DNA of 64,000 nt from positions 2,323,000-2,386,999 of the forward strand of contig CM082587.2 of the NCBI GenBank assembly GCA_040954595.2, given 5' to 3'. Shown piece by piece: positions 10,743 through 21,412 of the stretch (the stretch's first letter is position 1; every line of letters begins with the position of its first letter). The position numbers and the translations under genes were made by a program. This DNA is from Balanoglossus misakiensis (taxonomy: Eukaryota; Animalia; Hemichordata). The notes below the pieces were generated by a model. The model ran no database searches and was not told where the DNA came from. It worked only from the letters and a program-made list of their open reading frames with translations.

Positions 10743-13700
10743 TCAGCTGTTGCTCAGGTCTCTGACATCACTCAGGAATCCTTCTGGTGTCATGATGTGG
10801 GTAGACCCTGGGGAGAAATCATAAATCATGACTCAGCAAAGAGCTATATTGCAACATGGCACCTACAAGTACTAGGCAGTTGACACTGAAGATCATGGAA
10901 ATACCACAACATGAATTTCTGTGTTGCTATCTCTGGAAGGTTTATTTGTATATACTTACCGATTATAACTTCCCACTTGTTACTGCCTTTCTGTTCTTTA
11001 GTCGCCTCATAGGCACATCTCATCTCTGAGAAACTGACTCCACCAATGATGAACACAATTAGCCTGGGCCCACTCTTATGTTCTTGATGGCCACGATTAT
11101 GCCACTGTCCATACCTGGCACTGCAGTCAAGACAAAACCAATCCTGAATTACAGATTTTATCACTCATCTAAGCAGCCCTTTGTTTACTATGGTAAGTGA
11201 TTGAACCTCTAAAGAGGGAACTGGGGGTGAAAGGGTTAAGGAAGAGAGAATTCCAAGAAAAACATGGCTGATTACCTCCTGGCTCCTGATGATGTGTACG
11301 TAGGTCCTGCAGCTCTGCCAGCCAAGTATGGGTAGAATTTGGGATCAAGCTTTTCACTGATTGCATACTGTAAGAAAATGACATCACAACACTCAGATTT
11401 GTCTACATTGCAATACATGCCTTTCTATATTTAACAAACATACAGACAGAACCAATCCCATAAGCTCCCACTTTTTAAATAAACAGTTACCTCCATGATG
11501 TCTTTGACTACCGGTGTCCAACGGGACATCTGGTATGTGTGTTCAGTAATTCTCTCTTTGCGATCCATCTGTTTCTGCTTACGTCTGCTGGTCTGTGGTA
11601 GAAAAGGTAAAGTTGGGGTGATAACTGTCCTAGAACGCATAGTCAAGGTAGCCATCATCTTCACACTGTCACCAGCAAAATCAACCACCATCATGGTCAT
11701 CGTCACACACTACACCCAATCAATAGCAACTTCTTAAAGTAGGATCTACATGTACTTACATCCTGGATGACCTGAACTCCCAGGTGTGCCATGTTAGGAA
11801 TTATACATCTCTCCTGGTCCGGGATCTGCGCATGCTGGATCAACTTGGCCAGATTCTCCTCAGTGATTCCTGCATCGGGCCAGACAGGGGCACGTTAGAC
11901 ATGAAGACATGGCTTATAGTTTCTCTGCATATTCCTTTGATGTGAAAGAGCGCCACCAGTGGTCAAATTTAGTCACACCACATGGCAGAGACTCGGGACA
12001 TTCTGAATTTCAGATATTACAAATTAGAAGATCATGGTCACACTTACCACATTTTCCAATGATGTAGAGTAAGATAATACGTATCTTATCATAAGCAGAG
12101 ACATTACCATCCAGCAATATAGGTACAATGTTTCTCATCTGGTCTCTTATCTTCTCACCATCCACATCTGTTCCCATTGCCAAGTCCTGCAAGATGATAT
12201 GCAAGTCATGAACTGCTGTACCAACTTTCACAGGATGTGTCCCATGCATTCAAATTCAGGGTTTCATTTTACTGACTCCATTTTCCTTACCTGTTCTACT
12301 TTACACAGCTTGTCCACGTAACCTTGGTAATGCTTCATACAATCTTCTGCCAAATGGAGATGTGTTGCATACTGTGTAGGAAATGAACATTTTGGGAAGA
12401 AAATACACAAAGTTTAAACAATGATCAGAACCTGTTGGTGTACTCAACTTCTATAGATTTCTAGGATTACAGTTCATTTCTCCAGGCCTCGTTAGGAGTG
12501 ATTATTAAATGTGGTTCCAACAGTTACAGAGATGATTTTTCACCTTGCTTAATTCTTTCTGATACTGGGGCATCTTCTTCAACATCTGCGACAAGTCACG
12601 CACTGACGTCTTGTCTCCTGTTGCTGTCATTTTCTTGTTTTCAGCAAACGCCTTCAGCGCCTTAGTCACTTGCCTAACAGAAGACAAAAATATTTAGCTC
12701 TTCAATATACACACACCCTTATCTGCAAGCAACTGTATTATAAGGATTATGAGGCAAATATATCACTCAGTAAAACATCTTATGGCAGGACTTTGGCAAA
12801 GAAGACCACAGATCTGTTACTGCACTTACTGTGACACAACGGCAATATGTTGGTGACGGAGATTTGACCACAGATCATCCGACTCATCCAGTAAAACTTC
12901 TTTCTCAGCCATTTCTCTTCCACTGGTTGCCTCGTATCTGAAATGAAATGTATAAGTCACAACAAGGTACGTAGAAATACATACTTACGTACCTTACTGT
13001 GTGAAATACAAATGATTCTCATTCACAAGACATGTCACTATGGTGACATTGGGGTCAGGGAGAGAACATGTCGACAGCAGAATTTCTACTCACTTGTACA
13101 CGTCATTCTCAATGGGTAGAAGATCATAAGCCATAGCTTGGAAAGTCAGTTCATGCAACAAAGGAGAGACTGGATCAAATCCTCTGTCCAGAATCAAAAG
13201 CTGAGATCGGTGCTTCTCTGGACCCTAAGTATGTAAAATAAAGGTCATTACTTAAAAAAGGTAATAGATACACAAAACAAAAATACCGAAAAACACAAGT
13301 AATGGAGCTTTAAACTAAGAGAGAGAGAGCTAAGCAGTCTTTACAATACCTCTCCCATTGTGGGTTCATCCGCCTTGTAAGCATCCAATTTGCTCTGCAC
13401 CATCTGAGCCACTTCTACCGTCCGTTCGAAGTCAGCGCGATACCTGATTGAGGGGTACTCGCCCAGAGTTGCACACAGCGTCGCAATCTGTTCGGCCAGT
13501 TTCTCCAGGTGGCCACTGCGACCAGCCATCTTGGCCGGGTTGTAGAACGTCTTGAAGGATTCCGGTGAGTCCAAGGAGAACACCTACATTGCATCACCAA
13601 AACATTCATTTTAACCCAGGAACAAAGTCGTCAACTTTTTCAAAGTTTACATTTCCAGACCCCAGAGCTCTAACCAGGAGAAATACAATATGTCAAAGAA

Positions 13701-15661
13701 ATGGAGTGAAACAATTACTATATCATACCTGTGACTCATACGGCAAGAATGCAATGTTGATTTCCTTCAGAGTCTTCATAACCTTGGCTGCTTGTGATTT
13801 GCTTACCTCCTGGAATAATTCATCAGGGCAAACTGAAACAAACAAGACATTTTCCAAGTGTAACTTGATTCATTGAGGGAGACTTCAAAATTGCATATAA
13901 GAAGAAAGAAAGCCCAATACAGGACACACTTACCTTCAGTGAAGAAGACATGTGCAGCTTTGTAGTTGTAGCTGTGGTAATCTTTGAAATCATTTATCAG
14001 CAACTTCACTGACTGCAATGCACAATTGAAGTAAACAGCAAAATGAAGGAACAGTATAAAGAATTGAGTTCATGAATTTGGGTACATATCATTCTTTATC
14101 AAGCAAGAATTTGTCCCAGAAGTACTTCAAAATCACTCTACCTTTTCTATTGGCGTCAACAGGTACACAGCCTCCATAGAGGGCAGTGGTTCTCTGCGCT
14201 TAGTGATATCTTCCACGACTGCAGACAGACAAACAGAAAGACAGAGTTGATTAGGGGTGGTTCCAGACATAGAGTACTGTCTATGTGCAGACAAAATATG
14301 CAGTTAAATTTATCAATGCAGATAGTTACAGACATTTATGAATAGTGTTTAGGGAGTAGTGCTGTGGAAATTCACATTGTGCATTTCTTACTTGTTATTC
14401 CTTCAGCCATGATCTCGTGCATCTTGCAACATGCAGATACCATACGCATACTGAGCTGGTCCACCACCAATACCTATAAAATCGACACACAATTTTCATC
14501 ATCAGTTTGGCACCTTTGCTATTTTAACTCTGAAATTCTAAAATGAGAAGATTAGTGGGTGGGTTTTTTACCTTCCATTGTCCAGGTTTCTTCACACCTT
14601 TGATGACATCTTGCATAATCCCTGAAATGTCAAAAAAAAGTAGATATTCATAATCATTTGAGGTACATGAACTAATTAGGTCTGACAAATCAATGCGAAA
14701 TGAAATCAATCAATATGTCAGAATAATAAACAGCAGAAAATATATGTATATTTATTGTTCCTGCACAAGTGTTTTAATGCTGACGTTTTAATATCAGGAC
14801 AGCTATAATATTTTCATGGCAATCTATGAGTCACCTGATTCGTTAATTGTAACAAACTTCTCTGCACTGCTCATAACATTCCACATATTCATGATTTTCA
14901 TTCAGAGTGTAGTATTAAAATTTTACTGCTGTTTGGTTCGATTATTTGAGTTAACTATTATTGATTCTCATCACACACAAAAAAAGTGAAAAGAACTGAT
15001 GGAATGTTTGTTCTGTAATTAACAATATGATATTTGCAATATTCAATTTGAGATGATGGTTACGCCGAAATTAAAATCATAGATGGAAGGTAAATTTATT
15101 TCTTCCGCAGGAATATACGTTTAAAAACACAATAATTCCAGTATCGACTTTAACAAGCGACCATTAAAAGCATTCAAATCGACGTAACGCAATCATGGAG
15201 GCCAAATCAAGGTGACTGGAAATCACGATTCGGACACGGTCTACCGGATACAGATTTCAGTGTGTTTACATTTTAATGCGTCTGGCACATGGGCGGCACC
15301 ATCTTGTAATCAATTCCTGGGGATGCAAACTGGTTTAGTCGAAGTTTTAGTGTTTATACTCGGTACCACCTGATAGGTGATGGGAAACCTACACACACGG
15401 TGATGATCGTGTGTGTAATCGACTATTTTCCCCTGAAATGAATTAGGCCTCGGATGCAGGTTAGTCGTGTCAGTTTCACGACCTAATAATGATGACAGTC
15501 CATTACTGCCAGCCAGCACCCACTCCTGAACGTAACTATGTGTCATAAATTGCCAACTTAAGTTTTTCCTTTGTATAACGTTTAAAAATAAGCCCCAGAA
15601 CAATCAAGAACATTAATTTAACTCGTCACTTACTCTTCCCGACCACCTCCTTCAGCGCCAT
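10743..15661 (-). CDS. STXBP1: Syntaxin-binding protein 1 / Munc18 / unc-18 / Rop (Sec1 family); ~17 exons
   Basis: ATG at 15661 (MALKEVVGK|RIMQDVIK...), Sec1 motifs '[10 protein letters not shown]', '[14 protein letters not shown]', '[16 protein letters not shown]', '[15 protein letters not shown]', '[22 protein letters not shown]'. Last exon [21 protein letters not shown] ends with TGA at 10745-10743. Introns are GT-AG. Confidence 0.95.
11181..11239. repeat. Dispersed repeat fragment ending GGGTTAA (piggyBac-like MITE end), copy 1, in an STXBP1 intron
   Basis: Near-identical to 46459-46515 (ctatggtaag...acctcta.agagggaactgggggtgaaagggttaa). Confidence 0.7.
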
Positions 15662-17173
15662 CTTGGATTTTTAGTGCCACACTGCATTCTGGGAGGACCA
15701 TACCATTAATGAAGCAAAAGATGAAGAGAGTCTAAAAGATGGAGCAGAGAAGATAAAAGGCAGGGCAGGGAAGAGACAGAGAAGAGAAGAGACGGATATA
15801 AACTTGTACGAGTGTTTCGTTAATTTCTTTTTCATTTGAGATACACATCCAATCAGGGCTACAGACAATGTAGGTTGAGGAATAAGCTTCGAGCGAGTTA
15901 ATTAGGTCCCACAGGTGACTATCCCAAAATAAACACCACAAAACACCCAACCAGGGGAACACCACATATGTAAACTGGTGGTAGAATGTTTATTGAACAA
16001 TGAAACATTACAATGACAAATATTTCACAATGATGAGAGCAAGAGATCAGGCCAATGGCATCTCTGGAAGTTGAGGGAGGGCTGATACAGCCAATACAAA
16101 ACAAATGTATCAAAAAGGTCTACTGACGTATTATATTCAGAGTTCTAGAACACAAAGCATTAATATTTTCCAGTGTGATAATTCAATTCATTGAGTGTAG
16201 TTTTTACGTGGCATTGCTAATTTTACATCTGAGTCGTATGTTGGCACATCAAAGATTTGCACAAAATAGTAACCTGTGGTACATGAGTCTGCTGTTAAGT
16301 ATCAACAGGATCTACCAGTCAGGCTTTAGTGGGAAAGCCCTGATATTATTCACAAAGGCACACTGAACAATGCATCTCTAGTGAAGACACTTCAAACAGA
16401 GATTTCTACTATCACAAGCAGGTTGGCAACAACACAGAAAATCAAGGTGGCGTTTTTTTCTACATTTATCAAACTGTTAGCAATGAGCACAAGGTACGGT
16501 GTATAGTCACCACAGAACATTAAAAAAATTCCAAATATTAACGTTGCACATTTAGCAAACCACAGGTGTCATTTTTTTGATAAAGCACTGTCTTTGAAAA
16601 TTACTGGATAAATCTGTGGCAGTTAATGTTGTACTTTCATAAATAAAGACTGAAAAAAATCAATGCATTTCAACACTGAAACAATTCAACTTTCCATGAA
16701 AATGAGAAATATGACATGATTTGAAAACTAAGCTTCGTCAACTATTCAAATACAGTTGTCGCTTTCAAGCAAAGGAGGATGTTTACCATTTTTGGAACTG
16801 TTCTCACGTCTGTCAAATGGTTTTTATAACATATCACCCATTTTGCAACATATAAACAAACACCTAACTTCACTTTATGATTCGTTTCTTTGGTAAAACT
16901 CAAGTAGAGAAGAGCATAATTCGGACTGAAAATTCACTGAAAAAAAAATCCAATTTCTGATTCCTGTCGGTGGACTGAGATGAAATTGGAGGATGCATTC
17001 AAAATGCAAAATACAAAAATAAACTGACCTTCATGTCACTCATCCCCAACATCTCGTCCAACAATCTAACATTCATTATATCTAAGCAATGTCTTACTAG
17101 TATGTTTAATTTTTTCTTTTCTTTCAAAACAAATAAAATTTCCTATGTATCAAAGTTCCCTGGGTGACAACGA

Positions 17174-19958
17174 TCACCTTTCTTCAGAGTTGAACTTTTC
17201 TGGACTTCCACTGTATCTGTCATTGCGCCTTTTCTTCTTGTGTGAACTGTTGTGTTTCGATCTGTCTTCGGTCGGCGTCTGACTTCTCTTCCTGGTATGA
17301 TCTCTTGATTTTGACGACTCCTTCCTATCTTTCTTGCGCTCCGATTCCCTGTGTTTTTCCCTGTGCCGATCGTGCCTTTCCCGGCTGCGGCTCCTCTCCC
17401 GGTTCCTGCTGCTCTCTTTGGATCTGTGGCTTTTTTCCCTGCTGCGACTCCTGTGCCGTCTCTTTTCCGGGCTCCGACTGCGTCTCCTTTCCGGGCTCCG
17501 ACTGCGCCTTCTTTTGTGATCTCGCGTCGGAGTACGACTTCGCCGCCTTTCCCTGTCGCGTTTCTGCCTCTCCCTCTCCCTTTCCAATGCAGACGCAAAA
17601 TCGGACTCTTCCTTCCGCCTGGATCGGTGATGATGATCAGGGCTCCTGCGACTTTCCCGGCCTCGCGAATCCCTGCGATCATGCGATCTACCTCTGTGAG
17701 ATTCATCACGGTGCCTACTAGTAGGTGACCTGAATATCAAAGCCACAGAAATAATCAGATTACAATGCAAAAGCAACCTTTGAATTTTATCCCACAGAAA
17801 TGTCAGGCAAATACAAACATAACCTAAGAATGTAAAATTGAAAGTATCTGCGAATCTCCTATAATGAAAATCATCCCACCTTGCATATCTGAATTTGAAA
17901 GAAGGCGGAATAAGAGATCGCCCTATAAATTTCACAAGTCACCTCACACATGGCACACAAACAGGGTAAGAATTCTTTCTCAGTGGAAACTCAACAATAG
18001 AGTGAGAAAGAGAGAAGGTAAAAGCCGACATACATCATGCATACCTGCTCCTCTGCTTTCTTATATCTCTTTCTTTATCTCTGCCGTGGTCCTTCTCTCT
18101 GCTGGGATTCACCTTCTCCCTGTCTCTTGATGACACCCTCTCTGCTTCACCCCACGACACTTCTTCATCGGGAATGTGCTCTTTCACTTTTATATCGACC
18201 TCAGCCGGCTGCTTCCTGGGTGGCATCCGCCTTTCAATATCCTGGAATGGGAGAGGGATGGGGAGGGGAAGAACATGGAAACCATGGATAAGTGTCAGAG
18301 GTCAATCAATGCAGGGGCCAGGTAAGCAAATTTGTACATCTACTCTTTCATCTCTGCAACACTTGAAAGATATATGATCATGACTTGCCTTCATTATTGG
18401 GACTGGTATACGAGGGAAGAGTGTTGAAAACCATTCAAGCTTTGTAAGAAAGCACCTCAGCATTTCACCCATGGTCATAATGCAGCCAGTACCGGCCTTC
18501 ACATCGAGTTCCTGCACAGCAAAATAGAACAAGACAGAGCCTTAATATTCAGAAAGCTCATTAATTCTGGTAAAGATGACTGTGTATGCGAGGAAAGATG
18601 CTTGTCTGTGTACAAGTATGCAAGTGTGCGTATCTGTGTGTCAATGTGCACATCCATGCACATGTTAGGCCAAACTCCACCTTGTAAACAAACACTTTGT
18701 TCTCAAAACATACCTCTTCATCATCCAAGTAGTCTTCATACCAATCCCATAGATCTGCCGGAGGTTGAGTGAATCTTCGGGAGAGAGACAGAGAGAGAAA
18801 ATACATCAACAAGCAGCACAACCAGTAATGATTATGTCCTGTTGTGTTCATATATGTAGTATGCAGTAATAAGACATTCTTTTTTCATGATATGTACTGT
18901 GTATTACAGTAAAACCTATCTGAACCGAACACTGTATAAATCTGGAAACCTATCTATTCCAAACACCCTATCACGTCCCTTTGACACAGAAGAACGTTAA
19001 ACAAACCTCTACAAACCAGACACCTATACAAACAGAAGTTTGGTGTTCGGTGTAGACAGGTTTTACTGTACCACCACTTGAAAACTGAAGCAAATCCTGG
19101 TAAACAATTTTGCCACTTGACCATAGCCACTCTGATGCAATGCCCTAAATCAAATTTCTTGGAAGTCTTTATTAGTATTTACCATCTTGTACATACCACA
19201 AGAGTTGCCATGGCCGGACCATGTCTCTATCACTGGGAGGATTTGCAAGTGCTTTCAAGGGACCACCCTATCTAAATACGCACCTGATATACATGAATCC
19301 TAAAGCCCTGATATAAGGAGAATCTACGTGTGTTATGATTCCATTCACCTGTTTACGAGTTAGTTTCAAGGTGAAGAGCTTGTACAGCAGACAGAACGCT
19401 GAAGAGACTATGCCTCCAGTTCCAACCCCTCTCACCTGCAATAGAATAAACAGTGTTACTCTGCCAGTCCACTCAACAGTGAAGCGATGACTAGTCAAGC
19501 AAAATGGCAATATCACTGGTACATACCCCTCCACACATTCCGGTCTGCCCTGCAGTTTGCCTACTTCCTTTCTCCCATGGTTCAAGATGGGCCACCTGCA
19601 AGAAAAAAGTTTACGAGGTACGTGACCAAACAGTTTGATGACAGTTTGAATTAATCAAAAACTTTCTACGGCTTTTTACAGCCTCAGTCCATTTCACAAT
19701 TAAACCACACACACACGCAAAGAATGTAGGAAAGATCTTGGGCACTGACCTTCCACTCACCTTGTAGTAGATTTCATCAATCACTTCATGGTATGTTTTC
19801 AATTTGAATAGCTCATTCTTGAAGTATGGCGATGACTGGATATTGGTCAGAATTAGTGGATTGAGGTTCATGGTCTTCTCGTTGCCCCATATCGGCAAGA
19901 CATTATTCTTTTTCTCGTTTTTCTTGGTTTGCCCCTTGCTCTGGCCCGAGTCATCCAT
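17174..19958 (-). CDS. PRPF38B: Pre-mRNA-splicing factor 38B with C-terminal RS/RE-rich tail; 7 coding exons
   Basis: 'NVLPIWGNEKTMNLNPLILTNIQSSPYFK', 'HLEPWEKGSR', 'GVGTGGIVSSAFCLLYKLFTLKLTRKQ', 'SPYIRALGFMYIR', 'LEWFSTLFPRIPVP', then an RS-rich last exon ~17729-17174. A 5'UTR intron is likely (acceptor ~19977, donor ~20328). Confidence 0.95.
18242..18388 (-). other. GC-AG intron in PRPF38B
   Basis: AAG|GCAAGT donor and pyrimidine-rich CCAG acceptor join ...PVPIMK|DIERRMPPRK in frame. No suitable GT donor was seen nearby. Confidence 0.8.
18907..19068. mobile_element. Tc1/mariner(pogo)-type MITE in a PRPF38B intron
   Basis: 26-bp TIRs (CAGTAAAACCTATCTGAACCGAACAC and its near reverse complement, 3 mismatches) flanked by TA at 18905-18906 and 19069-19070. 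Confidence 0.8.
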
Positions 19959-20485
19959 CTCCGAGAGATCCTGATCCTTTGAAAGAAATTGTATGAGTAT
20001 TGATCACCATTTTCCTCATGCGACATGAAATGTGATTATGAAGGTCAAGCATGAAGATCGCGCAGTGAGTGATGATGCGTGTACGTGATTTCAAACTACT
20101 GGCGTCAATCCACTCATTTGCACCTGCGTTGCACTTGCAGAACGTAAATCGTACTGAATCGCTCTACTTTGCCGACCATGCGAACTTTACATCGACATTG
20201 ACCACAATGTAACAAGTTGACTGACCAAGCACCGTGTTACTTGAAGATGAAGATGGTGATTTCTGACTATTTCGACAGTGTACGCACAAGCTTTATGTGA
20301 TCTCCTTTTAAACAACCCTCATCTTACCTTTTACCGTTCAGCAGTTTTAAGCGGCTTCTAATAAAGCAAAGAATACCAGCGTAATGCGATGTTTCCAACG
20401 ACTTCAACACGTTTTGTACGTTACTTGAAATTAAACATGGCGTTTTCTGCCGAACTGCATTCTGGGAAGTCGGCGTTTTCGACGA

Positions 20486-20495
20486 GTCACGTGAC
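20486..20495. promoter_or_regulatory. Palindromic E-box GTCACGTGAC in the probable PRPF38B promoter
   Basis: Perfect USF/MiT-TFE-type site just upstream of the inferred first non-coding exon. Function is inferred. Confidence 0.35.
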
Positions 20496-21412
20496 AGCTC
20501 GTCTGAGCTGTCCTGCATTGCACAGGAACTGTCTCTATAATCATTATATTATATTTAGCGAATAAAAATAAAATTCCCAATGCATTTCATATTTCTTTCT
20601 TGCCCAAAAAGTACAGTTTGCTATCTATATGCATACTCCACCCTCATCACACACTTAGACTCCACAGGGAACAGGGAAGTGTACATACATGTAGCAAAAC
20701 TCTCATTCAGTAACCAAGAAAGATATTTTAATCATCTGTACACAACAGCTAGTATGTGAGTAAGCATTTTATTTGGGGGAAAACATATTAATGATCAGAC
20801 AGAAATGTCTTCAGTGAAGAAAGACATTAATATAAAATTCATTGTTAAAATCTATTTCATGTGCAAAAAAAGTATCATTTATTTTTAATAACATGCCACT
20901 ATCTGTACTTTCTGGCCATTTTTAGTATGCAATGACCACTAAAAAGTTTGTTTTTACAAACTACAATAAAATATATAAACTAGGAGATATAGCTCTTTTA
21001 AATTCTACTTTTATAGTTGCTTCAAGGTTTTACCAGGAGCAATACATAAGACATGAAACAGAGATTCTAAAAAAATACTCTTTGGCAGTCATAAAAACAT
21101 CGCTATCATAAAACTATCTTACTAATTTTACTTTAATATGAATAATGTGTGATTAAAAGTGACTTACAGTTCAAAACAATAGACTCCACAAGAGATATTG
21201 TGACTCGTTTGTAAATGAATAAACTTAAACATATTCTGGTATAACCGTATAAGTAATGCTGCCAGGTTAATTAATGCTGTTTACATGAATTCATCCTCTT
21301 AGTGTCTCAGACAATTTTCCCTAATTCAATGATTCAGAAACTTAGGGCAACTCATGTGCTTCACTTGGGATAAGCAACCCCAAAAATGTCATGCCCTCCA
21401 ATAGTTAGTTGA

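Noticed and set aside
17143-17728. Multiple overlapping long ORFs on both strands
   Set aside because: Shadow frames of the low-complexity RS-rich last exon of PRPF38B.
17878-17887. Possible 9-nt microexon (ttcag|ATATGCAAG|gtggga, minus strand) in a PRPF38B intron
   Set aside because: Weak donor and no supporting enhancer motifs; could easily be chance.
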